Positions 55,927 to 64,000 of a stretch of DNA of 64,000 nt are shown here, one piece after another. The stretch comes from an uncultured Ignavibacteriales bacterium (GTDB lineage Bacteria > Bacteroidota > Ignavibacteria > Ignavibacteriales > Ignavibacteriaceae), in the NCBI GenBank assembly GCA_963822905.1, contig CAWGJF010000002.1, forward strand, positions 386,911 through 450,910. The letters run 5' to 3'. Position 1 is the first letter of the stretch; each line of letters opens with the position of its first letter. The notes beneath the pieces are model-generated. The model saw nothing but the letters and a program-made list of their open reading frames with translations, did no database searches and had not been told where the DNA came from. Made by a program: the position numbers and the translations under genes.

Positions 55927-57159
55927 ATGAAACCGAGTCAATTATTTCAGATTGCATTTCAATCAATTATCAACAACAAGTTGAGAACATCTTTAACAAT
56001 ACTTGGTGTGGTTGTCGGAATATTTTCAATTATTGTTATAATGACTATCATTACTATGCTGCAAAACAGTATTGAAAACGGTTTGGCATTATTAAGTAAA
56101 AATACATTCCAGATTGAAAAGTTTGACAGGATGCAAATGCACGGAGGTGGAAATGACCGCAGTTGGAGAAACAGGAATGACATTACAATTGATGAAGCTT
56201 ATCGTTTAAAGGATCTGTTGACTACTGCTCAATATGTTGGAGCTGAACAATGGCAGTTCGGTAAAGTTATTAAATTTCAAGGACTCGAAACAAATCCGAA
56301 TGTCAGCATTGCAGGTGAAACACTTGATGGTATTAAAACAAATGACTGGAACGTTGCATACGGTAGAGAGTTCAGACAATATGATATTGACAATTCAACA
56401 GATATTGTTTTACTCGGACAGGATATAGTCGATAAAATATTTCCGAACATGAATCCTATCGGGCAGCAGATAAGGGTTGATAACAGGCCGATGAGAGTTG
56501 TCGGAGTATTGGAAAGACAACCGGCAATGTTTGGAGATAGCCGTGATAATTATGCTGTTGTGCCGATTACTACATGGCAGGCTATGTACGGTAAATATAA
56601 AAACAGCGTGAATATTATGGTTACTGCACCTGATAAGGCAAGTTACGATGATGTTATTGAAGCAGCTATTGGTCATTTTAGGAAAATAAGAAAGGTACCT
56701 CCCGGCGAAGACAATGATTTCTCTATTTTTAGTAATGAATCTATGATAACGCAGGTAAATGATATTACAGGACCGATAAAAATTGGTGCGCTTGCTGTAT
56801 CACTTGTTGCGTTACTCGCTGCAGGAATAGGCATTATGAATATCATGCTTGTTTCCGTTACTGAGAGAACCAGGGAAATAGGAATTAGAAAAGCTATTGG
56901 TGCGAAAAGTTCCAGCATACTTTCCCAGTTTTTAATTGAAGCAATTATTCTTTGTGTAGTTGGAGGACTTACAGGAATAATAATTGGAATTGGGATAGGG
57001 AATTTTGCAGGAAGTTTTCTTAATGCTAAAATGGCAATTCCCATCGATTGGGTTATTATTGGAATAACAATGTGTGTTACGGTCGGATTAATTTTCGGAA
57101 CATATCCTGCATACAAAGCAGCTAATCTCGATCCGATAGAAGCTCTGCGTTATGAGTAA
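55927..57159 (+). CDS. ABC transporter permease, MacB/FtsX type (paralog 2)
   Basis: Same architecture as paralog 1. The FtsX block is GIGIMNIMLVSVTERTREIGIRKAIGA. The ATG immediately follows the stop of paralog 1. Confidence 0.88.
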   Translation: MKPSQLFQIAFQSIINNKLRTSLTILGVVVGIFSIIVIMTIITMLQNSIENGLALLSKNTFQIEKFDRMQMHGGGNDRSWRNRNDITIDEAYRLKDLLTTAQYVGAEQWQFGKVIKFQGLETNPNVSIAGETLDGIKTNDWNVAYGREFRQYDIDNSTDIVLLGQDIVDKIFPNMNPIGQQIRVDNRPMRVVGVLERQPAMFGDSRDNYAVVPITTWQAMYGKYKNSVNIMVTAPDKASYDDVIEAAIGHFRKIRKVPPGEDNDFSIFSNESMITQVNDITGPIKIGALAVSLVALLAAGIGIMNIMLVSVTERTREIGIRKAIGAKSSSILSQFLIEAIILCVVGGLTGIIIGIGIGNFAGSFLNAKMAIPIDWVIIGITMCVTVGLIFGTYPAYKAANLDPIEALRYE

Positions 57160-57171
57160 TTCAAAATTTCA

Positions 57172-57224
57172 ATAGTAAGTCATTTTAATTTATCTTTGTG
57201 TAAAAAATTAGAATGACTTACTAT
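57172..57224 (+). terminator. 13-bp perfect inverted repeat between permease paralogs 2 and 3 (terminator/attenuator or processing hairpin)
   Basis: ATAGTAAGTCATT (57172-57184) and AATGACTTACTAT (57212-57224) are separated by 27 nt and followed by TTTT (57225-57228). Confidence 0.4.
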
Positions 57225-57238
57225 TTTTCAGGGGAAAA

Positions 57239-58471
57239 ATGAAAATAAGTCAACTTATAGTTGTTGCGCTCCAGTCTCTTAAAACCAACCGTTTAAGAAC
57301 TCTTCTTACTGTGCTCGGTGTTGTTGTAGGTATCTTCTCTATTATTGTCGTAATGACAATTGTAACAATGCTCCAGAATACTATAGAAGAAGGTTTCCAG
57401 TTCCTCAGCAAAAACACATTTGAGATTCAAAAATGGCCCGCCATACAAACCGGTGGTCATAAAGAAATGGAGAAGTACAGGAACAGGAAAGATATCACAC
57501 TTGACGAGTACTATCGCCTTGAAAAGTTGATGAAGAATGTTGAATGCATGGGTGCTTACCAGGTTGCCGGCGGTAAAGTTATTCAATTCGGTAATACACA
57601 AACTAATCCGAATATAGCTGTTGTTGGAGTTACCCTTGATGTTTACCCAACACTTAACCTGGAAATGGAAGATGGAAGAGAATTCAGATCCAACGATATT
57701 GATTACTCTAATAACGTTTGTGTCCTAGGGAACTATGTTATTGACAAACTCTTTCCGAATATTAACCCGGTTGGTCAGCAAATAAGAGTGGATGGAAAAC
57801 CATTTAGAGTTATTGGAACACTGAAAAAAAGACCTGACTTTTTTGGTCAATCAACGGATGACTATGTTGTAATACCCATAACAACATATCAAACAATCTA
57901 TGGAAAAAGAAAGGGAAGTGTTGAAATTAATATTATGTCCACGGATGCCGAAACATATAATTCAACAATCGAATCAGCATTAGGTTATATGAGAATAATA
58001 AGAAAGATAGAACCCGGTGAAGAAAATGATTTTGAGATTTTCAGTAATGAATCTTTAATGGGACAGGTTAATGATATAACCGGACCAATAAAAATAGGTG
58101 CGCTTGCAGTATCTCTTGTTGCATTACTTGCTGCGGGGATAGGTATAATGAATATTATGTTAGTATCTGTTACCGAAAGAACAAAAGAGATCGGAATACG
58201 TAAAGCAATTGGTGCAAGAAAATCTAGCATACTTATCCAGTTTTTAATTGAAGCAATTGTATTGTGCCTGATTGGCGGTATTCTCGGAATATTTATCGGG
58301 ATAGGTATAGGCAATTTTGCCGGTAGTTTTTTGAATGCAAAACTTGCTGTTCCAATTGATTGGGTTATCATTGGTATTTCGATGTGCGTTACTGTAGGGG
58401 TGATATTCGGAACTTATCCTGCCTACAAAGCTGCTAACCTTGATCCGATTGAAGCTCTGAGGTATGAGTAA
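57239..58471 (+). CDS. ABC transporter permease, MacB/FtsX type (paralog 3)
   Basis: 410 aa, collinear with paralog 2. It shares long identical peptide blocks with it (NDITGPIKIGALAVSLVALLAAGIGIMNIMLVSVTERT). Confidence 0.88.
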   Translation: MKISQLIVVALQSLKTNRLRTLLTVLGVVVGIFSIIVVMTIVTMLQNTIEEGFQFLSKNTFEIQKWPAIQTGGHKEMEKYRNRKDITLDEYYRLEKLMKNVECMGAYQVAGGKVIQFGNTQTNPNIAVVGVTLDVYPTLNLEMEDGREFRSNDIDYSNNVCVLGNYVIDKLFPNINPVGQQIRVDGKPFRVIGTLKKRPDFFGQSTDDYVVIPITTYQTIYGKRKGSVEINIMSTDAETYNSTIESALGYMRIIRKIEPGEENDFEIFSNESLMGQVNDITGPIKIGALAVSLVALLAAGIGIMNIMLVSVTERTKEIGIRKAIGARKSSILIQFLIEAIVLCLIGGILGIFIGIGIGNFAGSFLNAKLAVPIDWVIIGISMCVTVGVIFGTYPAYKAANLDPIEALRYE

Positions 58472-58474
58472 TAA

Positions 58475-58723
58475 TTATTTTATAGCAGAATTATTTCTTT
58501 GAACCTTTTTTTTTGAAATAAATCTGCCAAACAGTAATAAAATAGATCCTGCAACCCCAAGTACCACCCCAGATATGAAGAAAATTACCCACCAGGGAGC
58601 AGCATCTGTAAATCCATAATCTCCTGAAATCAGGCTCCATAATCCAAGCAGCAACAATATTACAGCAGGAACAATACACAGTACGCCCAATATAATCAAA
58701 ATTATTGAGCTAACTCTTCTCAT
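58475..58723 (-). CDS. Small hypothetical membrane protein (two TM helices)
   Basis: 82 aa with two hydrophobic stretches and a basic C-terminus. It lies 3 nt downstream of the oxidoreductase gene. Confidence 0.45.
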   Translation of the reverse strand: MRRVSSIILIILGVLCIVPAVILLLLGLWSLISGDYGFTDAAPWWVIFFISGVVLGVAGSILLLFGRFISKKKVQRNNSAIK

Positions 58724-58726
58724 TAT

Positions 58727-59713
58727 TTACTTCGGCTTTGTAATTAAAGTTATTACCACATTACCTTTTTTATGTCCTTTATCAACATACGCGTGAGCTT
58801 CGGCAATTTTCTCTAATGGAAATATTTTATCAATGACCGGTTTAATCTTTCCGTTCTCAGCCAGTTCATTAATGAAGATAAGGTCTTTTGACCTTTCGGC
58901 GGGCGGTCTTAAACCTGTTGCCATAATCCTTGCTTTTTTATTTCTTAATATTGATGTCCATAACACAATTGGAAGTACTCCAAGCGTAATTCCGGCTTCA
59001 AGAAATTTTCCGTTCGGCGTCAGTGAGATTTTACATTTTGAAAATTTAATCTTTCCTGTTAAATCAAAAATTATATCGTAGGTTTCTCCCGATTTTGTAA
59101 AATCTTCCTTGGTATAATCAATTGCTTTACCGGCACCGAGAGATTCTACCAGTTCCATGCTTGATGTACTGCACACTCCGGTTACTTTAGCACCAAAATA
59201 TTTGGCAAGCTGAACTGCAGCAGATCCGACACTTCCTGAAGCTCCGATGATTAAAACTTTTTGATCGCTTTGAATTTTTCCTTTATCACGAAGGAAGGGT
59301 AGAGCCGTTAAAAATCCATCACAGCAAGTAATGGCTTCTTCATAACTTTTGTTGGATGCCATTTTTGCAATCGTTGATTTTTCAACAGGCAGACAAATAA
59401 ACTCTGAATATGATCCGTAACCGGGAGTTGTACCTATTACTCTGTCACCTGCTTTATATAATTTTACTTTTTTACCAACTGTTTCAATCTCTCCTGCAAA
59501 CTCACTGCCGAGAATTTTATTTTTTGGTTTTGTAAGTCCTGTAAATAATCTCGAAAAGAATGGTTCTCCTCTTCGGAAAACACAGTCTGTTGCGGTAACA
59601 GTTGATGTAAAAACTTTTACCAGAACTTCATTGTCTTTAGGAACAGGTTTATCTACTTCTTTAAGTTGAAGTACATCTGGTGAGCCATATTTTTCATAAA
59701 CAATAGCTTTCAT
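58727..59713 (-). CDS. NAD(P)H-dependent medium-chain dehydrogenase/reductase (quinone oxidoreductase-like)
   Basis: GroES-like N-terminus (MKAIVYEKYGSPDVLQLKEV), Rossmann motif VLIIGASGSVGSAAVQLAK, and C-terminal HKKGNVVI. Confidence 0.85.
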   Translation of the reverse strand: MKAIVYEKYGSPDVLQLKEVDKPVPKDNEVLVKVFTSTVTATDCVFRRGEPFFSRLFTGLTKPKNKILGSEFAGEIETVGKKVKLYKAGDRVIGTTPGYGSYSEFICLPVEKSTIAKMASNKSYEEAITCCDGFLTALPFLRDKGKIQSDQKVLIIGASGSVGSAAVQLAKYFGAKVTGVCSTSSMELVESLGAGKAIDYTKEDFTKSGETYDIIFDLTGKIKFSKCKISLTPNGKFLEAGITLGVLPIVLWTSILRNKKARIMATGLRPPAERSKDLIFINELAENGKIKPVIDKIFPLEKIAEAHAYVDKGHKKGNVVITLITKPK

Positions 59714-61284
59714 AATTCATCCGATAATGGAAGTAATGTTGCTTTAAGATTTGGTTCTTTCATATCTTTATCAAAAGGGAACATTGGTCGGATGATTCTT
59801 TTATAACCGAGTCTTTCCAGGTCCTGGTCAACACCGCCGGGAGTAAGAGCCATTAACCAGTCACCTCTCATATCATAAAGTTCAGGAACAAGGTAACCGA
59901 TCTTTACAACAACAATATCAGTTTGTCTTGGATTTAGTCCTAGTTCAATGAAGTCTTTTTCATAATGATATGGTTTTCTTTTCTTAGTAACTATTACATA
60001 AATGTTTCCAACCTTTACAACAATTTCAGTTTCTGCATGTTCATCGCCTTCTTTAATTGCAGTAACTATTCCTGAAAGTTTTATTGGGGGAGCATAACGA
60101 TGATCAACAATAGCACCAACAAATCCTTCAACTTTATTACCTACACCTGATTTAATTGCAGCTTCAACTAAGTCTGGTCCCGGTATTGAGGCATAGATTA
60201 ATAATGGTCCGTCTTCTGTTTTGAATTCTTTACGCTCAAGAATTTTTTGTAAAGTCCAGGTAACATCACCGGCACCGCCAGCAGTAGGATTATCACCCAT
60301 ATCACTTATAATAAACGGATGCTTTTTACTTGTGATGGCTTTGTCGAGACATACTTTTAAAGTTGCAGTTGGTGCAACGAAGTCAAACTGCGACCTGACA
60401 TCCCAAAAACTTTTAGCCAGGTATTCAGATGTCGAAATAACCTTTTCCTTGTCATCACCTGTAACCACAACAACTCCACGGTTTCGCGGCTCATCTGCCC
60501 ATGCATAACCAATCCAGATTGCAGCATCCACAATACCTTCCTGATCTGCAGCCGGACCAACCTTTGCATACAGACTTTTCCCGGGTTCAATTCGTGTACT
60601 TGTTTTTTCACCGGGAAGTAATATTGGTACAGGTATCCACGCTTTGTATTTTGGTTTACCTTTACCCGATTCTATTCGTGAAAGTAAATTCTCAACCGCA
60701 CGTTTCTTTGTATCCATAGCATCTTCGTGGGGCGCCATACGGTAGCAGGTGATCAGGTCGGTATTTTCAGCAAGACGTTTAGAAACATTTCCGTGCAAAT
60801 CCATAGTTGTGGAGATTATTGGTTCTGTTCCGATCACTTTGCGGATCCTGATAATAAAATCACCTTCGGGATCATCAAGTCCCACTACACTCATTGCGCC
60901 GTGAATATCAAACAATAACCCATCATAAGGACCATTCTGCTTCAGCATATTTAATGTCTTTGTAACTAAGCTTTCATACGCTTCTCTTGTAACAATTCCT
61001 CCCGGTAAAGCATGTCCGTTTAAGATTGGAATCCATTTCGCCCTTTTTCTATCAATCGAATAGGGTGAGAGGAAAGGGTAAAAGGAAAAAACATCATCAC
61101 CAACTTTAGCGTGGAATGCTTCTTCATCTGTGAATGCAGGAGAAAAAGTACTTGATTCAATTGCCAGACCAGTAATTGCAATCCGCGGAAGTTTGTTTTT
61201 ACTTTTTTCTTTGCAGCCAACAAGAAATAATATTAACACAATAAGTAGAAAATAAATTTTTGGTTTATTCATAGTTGTATCCAT
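59710..61284 (-). CDS. M81 family metallopeptidase (MlrC-like)
   Basis: Lipoprotein-like signal (LVGC). RIAITGLAIESSTFSP N-terminal MlrC motif, then DGLLFDIHGAM and DMGDNPTAGG blocks. Confidence 0.7.
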   Translation of the reverse strand: MDTTMNKPKIYFLLIVLILFLVGCKEKSKNKLPRIAITGLAIESSTFSPAFTDEEAFHAKVGDDVFSFYPFLSPYSIDRKRAKWIPILNGHALPGGIVTREAYESLVTKTLNMLKQNGPYDGLLFDIHGAMSVVGLDDPEGDFIIRIRKVIGTEPIISTTMDLHGNVSKRLAENTDLITCYRMAPHEDAMDTKKRAVENLLSRIESGKGKPKYKAWIPVPILLPGEKTSTRIEPGKSLYAKVGPAADQEGIVDAAIWIGYAWADEPRNRGVVVVTGDDKEKVISTSEYLAKSFWDVRSQFDFVAPTATLKVCLDKAITSKKHPFIISDMGDNPTAGGAGDVTWTLQKILERKEFKTEDGPLLIYASIPGPDLVEAAIKSGVGNKVEGFVGAIVDHRYAPPIKLSGIVTAIKEGDEHAETEIVVKVGNIYVIVTKKRKPYHYEKDFIELGLNPRQTDIVVVKIGYLVPELYDMRGDWLMALTPGGVDQDLERLGYKRIIRPMFPFDKDMKEPNLKATLLPLSDEL

Positions 61285-61332
61285 TTAAACTTTTACAATC
61301 CAAATTTTCCCTAAATGACGAAATCTTTTTAA

Positions 61333-62106
61333 TTATGGTGAACTAAGCTCTTTCACAAAATCCAGATCGTGATATGATGATTTAATTATTACCCGGGACA
61401 TCTCATTATTAATTTCATCTAACTCTGTTTGCTTATTCATCTTTTTTACCCACTCACTTAAATCATTAATACCTAAATAATTTCCCCAGTTATCCGGGAA
61501 GGTTACAACCTGGGAAACTCTGGGGGCCCCTATCCTCGGTCTGAATCCTTCAACAGGATAAGGATAATTCATTTTCTGTAATAGTGCTACGTATTGCTGC
61601 TGGATATTATCAAACTCAGTTTCACTCCCCGGTTTTACCCAATAATCCACAACTCGTGCTTTTGGATGTGTTTTGGTTGACATTGCTTTTACCGTTCCCC
61701 AATATTCATCTTGCTGGCAAACAATGTCCCTGGTAACTTCAAATTCTGTTTGTGCAAAAAGTTCAAGAGCTTCTTTATATTCCGGTTCTCCCTGAGTGCC
61801 GATAAATGCATTGTTAATTTCTTCCTCATCCGGAACATCCTCTAGACTATCTCCAAACATTATTATCCAGAATTCATTCGGCTGAGATCTGTACAGAAGC
61901 CATTCAAGTTTGTCGGACCCGGTTTTAACATAAGCCTCAACCATCTTTTGCATAGCCTTTTCCCATTTGTTTGCATCTTCAGGCTCTACTTTTATAGCAA
62001 CTTCACGTACAAATATGCTTAGTCTTTCGTTTTCATTCTTATCATTGTTTTGTGCTGATACGGAAAAAGTAATTATTAATGAAAGTAGCAATAAATATCT
62101 GTTCAT
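61333..62106 (-). CDS. Hypothetical secreted protein
   Basis: Signal peptide MNRYLLLLSLIITFSVSAQ. No recognisable motifs. Confidence 0.45.
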   Translation of the reverse strand: MNRYLLLLSLIITFSVSAQNNDKNENERLSIFVREVAIKVEPEDANKWEKAMQKMVEAYVKTGSDKLEWLLYRSQPNEFWIIMFGDSLEDVPDEEEINNAFIGTQGEPEYKEALELFAQTEFEVTRDIVCQQDEYWGTVKAMSTKTHPKARVVDYWVKPGSETEFDNIQQQYVALLQKMNYPYPVEGFRPRIGAPRVSQVVTFPDNWGNYLGINDLSEWVKKMNKQTELDEINNEMSRVIIKSSYHDLDFVKELSSP

Positions 62107-62291
62107 TCTTTTCCCATTTTACTTTTTTCTTTAATCTTTCTCAAACTCTTTTCCCCAATAAATTAAATTTATTTTATCCCTTTAATCATTGATCTTATTT
62201 CCTCTTTTTCCCTTGTCACTTATATCATTATCTTCAGTCTAATAGCAGTTAACTTTAAAGCGTGGGTTATCCATGTTTATCATTAACAATT

Positions 62292-63707
62292 TCAATTTTC
62301 CAAATATTCTTTTGCATATTGAACCCAATCTTTTATATACTTGTCCATGTAAATATCCGGCTGGATACCAATATTATCCAGTTGATATTCAGGTAATCTC
62401 ATCATACGAACGGTAGGCATATATAGAGCGTAATTACTACAGTCAAGATTGAATTCATACACTGAAACATAATCAACTGAACCATACGTTGGAGTTCCTA
62501 GAATCTTTACTTTTTTACTTTGTTTTGCATCAAGAAGAAATTTTTCTGTGGAACTGCCGCAATGTCCATCAACTAATATTGCAACGTGTTTGGGATAAAG
62601 ATATACTGAGTCTTGTTTTGTAAATCCATAATTTCCATCCGTACTATATGGAATAAATTCCCCAATTTTTCCTTCCATTCTTTTTAGATCACTTCTCACT
62701 GATTTAATTTCATCAGCATCTTTGTCCTTATCTGCGTTGTTAGCCCAATTCTCAAGCGAATTAATTAGTGTTTGTGTTACCAAATATTCTCCACTTAATT
62801 GCCGTACCGGGTTTGTATAAATATAAGGCAGAATGGGGTGATAGCTATAGTCTGTTCCTCCACCATTACCCCTGACATCAATAATAAGATTTTCATATTT
62901 ATCTAATAAAAGTTTATTGCTTTCAAGAAGATCATTTATTCTTTCTGTATTGGAATACTCAAAACTTGAGATCCTTAATAATAATGTTTTATCGCTTATA
63001 GTTTTCAGATAGAATCCTTCCAACTCATTAAGTTCTTCGGATATGTTTTCTTTTGTTAATGATGGTGCCGGAAATTCTCTTACAAATGCAATATTTGCTT
63101 TCTTAAAATGAATGAAGCAACCCTTTTGTATTTCATATGAATCGGCAGATTGAGTATGATTACCCCAATAGTAAACAGCTTTGCCAGCGTTATCTAATTT
63201 AAATTTAATTTCACCTGTCTTCCACGAATCATTTTTTGAGGTTATAACAAATGCTGTATAATTACTACTATCTTTTTTTAGTCCTACTTTATAATCCCCG
63301 GAAACCCATATCCCTTCCAGGCTATCTTTACTATTGATTACATAATTGTTGAATTCTGTCAAATTAGTTTCAATAGTATCTCTGGCAATTATTTGGGTAT
63401 TATCATTGTCATTCCCTTTTTTATTTATTACAAGATGCCCATCCTTAAAGTAGCTTGTGTATGCTTTCAGGATTTTGATGCAATTATCGTTATTGGCATT
63501 AAAAGATGATTCAATCAAATGTTTTTTGAAACTTGTGTAGGCAAGTGAATCTTTCACTTTATCATTAAACCCGGGATATTCAGACTCTACTTTGATAATT
63601 AATTGTCCCAATACCTCAGAGCACTGGCAATTATCCTGAGCGTATGAGGTTAGATTTGCCAATAATATAAATAGTAAAACTAATCTTACCATTGTTTCCC
63701 CTTTCAT
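62292..63707 (-). CDS. S41-family peptidase (tail-specific protease-like), secreted
   Basis: Signal peptide, IIDVRGNGGG, and the GHCGSSTEKFLLDAK catalytic-Ser-like block. Confidence 0.7.
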   Translation of the reverse strand: MKGETMVRLVLLFILLANLTSYAQDNCQCSEVLGQLIIKVESEYPGFNDKVKDSLAYTSFKKHLIESSFNANNDNCIKILKAYTSYFKDGHLVINKKGNDNDNTQIIARDTIETNLTEFNNYVINSKDSLEGIWVSGDYKVGLKKDSSNYTAFVITSKNDSWKTGEIKFKLDNAGKAVYYWGNHTQSADSYEIQKGCFIHFKKANIAFVREFPAPSLTKENISEELNELEGFYLKTISDKTLLLRISSFEYSNTERINDLLESNKLLLDKYENLIIDVRGNGGGTDYSYHPILPYIYTNPVRQLSGEYLVTQTLINSLENWANNADKDKDADEIKSVRSDLKRMEGKIGEFIPYSTDGNYGFTKQDSVYLYPKHVAILVDGHCGSSTEKFLLDAKQSKKVKILGTPTYGSVDYVSVYEFNLDCSNYALYMPTVRMMRLPEYQLDNIGIQPDIYMDKYIKDWVQYAKEYLEN

Positions 63708-63856
63708 ATTACGATGTTCATAACGGTGTTGTGTCTAAGCTGCTTCCCAGAACAATTATGCAGAATAGAGCACAACTGTAAATGACCTACCAGCAGGTTA
63801 GCAAGTTTATTTTATTCACTAATCCTTTCCAAACTCTTTTCCCCGGAATGTTTAAT

Positions 63857-64000
63857 TTATTCAATAATTATAATAACTTTTCCCCTGGCGTGACCTTCTT
63901 CAACGTAACGGATTGCATCTGGAACTTCACTTAACGGGTATCGCTTGTCAATAACAGGTTTGATTTTACCGAGATTCAAGAAGTTCTTTAAGAAAAGCCA
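63857..64000 (-). CDS. C-terminal end of a second MDR-type oxidoreductase (5' part outside the window)
   Basis: The reverse-strand translation ...GKIKPVIDKRYPLSEVPDAIRYVEEGHARGKVIIIIE* parallels the C-terminus of the 58727-59713 product. The stop codon is at 63857-63859. Confidence 0.7.
   Translation of the reverse strand, partial: WLFLKNFLNLGKIKPVIDKRYPLSEVPDAIRYVEEGHARGKVIIIIE

Noticed and set aside
56673-58371. Two similar antisense ORFs (56673-57116 and 57985-58371) that look conserved between loci
   Set aside because: Their similarity is a by-product of the paralogy of the sense-strand permease genes, which share the same conserved FtsX block. It is not evidence for coding.
58727-64000. 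Two MDR oxidoreductase paralogs bracketing M81 and S41 peptidase genes as a possible catabolic island or biosynthetic cluster
   Set aside because: No core biosynthetic enzymes, transporters or regulators tie them together. The genes are separated by promoter-sized gaps. This looks like an ordinary collection of secreted hydrolases and redox enzymes.
1-64000. Scan for CRISPR arrays, transposases, integrases, toxin-antitoxin pairs and phage genes
   Set aside because: No regularly spaced direct repeats were seen in the intergenic regions I examined by eye, which was not an exhaustive scan. No product in the six-frame track shows recombinase, transposase or phage structural motifs.

Overview
64-kb chromosomal window from a low-GC bacterium. 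It looks like an Ignavibacteria-like member of the FCB group. That is an inference from two T9SS C-terminal sorting domains, a PorV-like porin and an alternative complex III; no rRNA is present to confirm it. Coding is dense and mostly core genome. Contents in order: (i) an envelope/T9SS block at 1-7.9 kb: PorV-like porin, a CTD-bearing M6-like protein with no HExxH, and an MA-peptidase/PD40/Omp85 fusion. (ii) Housekeeping genes: der, a CoADR-like flavoprotein, upp, rel/spoT, ruvX, tmk, an S41 Ctp protease. (iii) An isolated pair of bacterial-microcompartment BMC-H shell genes (15.1-16.05 kb). The second carries a roughly 130-aa charged tail ending in a Rho_N/SAP-like motif. No pentamer, BMC-T or cargo enzyme occurs anywhere in the window. 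This is my top candidate for something new. (iv) A roughly 15-kb respiratory supercluster (20.5-35.3 kb): actA-B-C-DE-F, cytochrome c, SCO1, A2-type heme-copper oxidase subunits I-III-IV-II, ctaB, and a membrane protein fused to cytochrome c. It contains three single-base, same-direction frame breaks in A runs, two in actB and one in the last gene. (v) A T9SS cargo protein, a GT4 glycosyltransferase, an uncharacterised AAA+ (BchI/MCM-clade)/VWA pair, clpP-tig, and tRNA-Leu(UAG). (vi) A PP2C phosphatase, murA, an MA-peptidase/TPR membrane protein, and a CCA-adding enzyme. (vii) A TolC-MacA-MacB efflux operon with three tandem FtsX permeases. (viii) A minus-strand block: MDR oxidoreductases, an MlrC/M81 peptidase and an S41 peptidase. 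I found no CRISPR array, transposase, integrase or prophage genes. All family calls come from motif recognition by eye; no searches were run.
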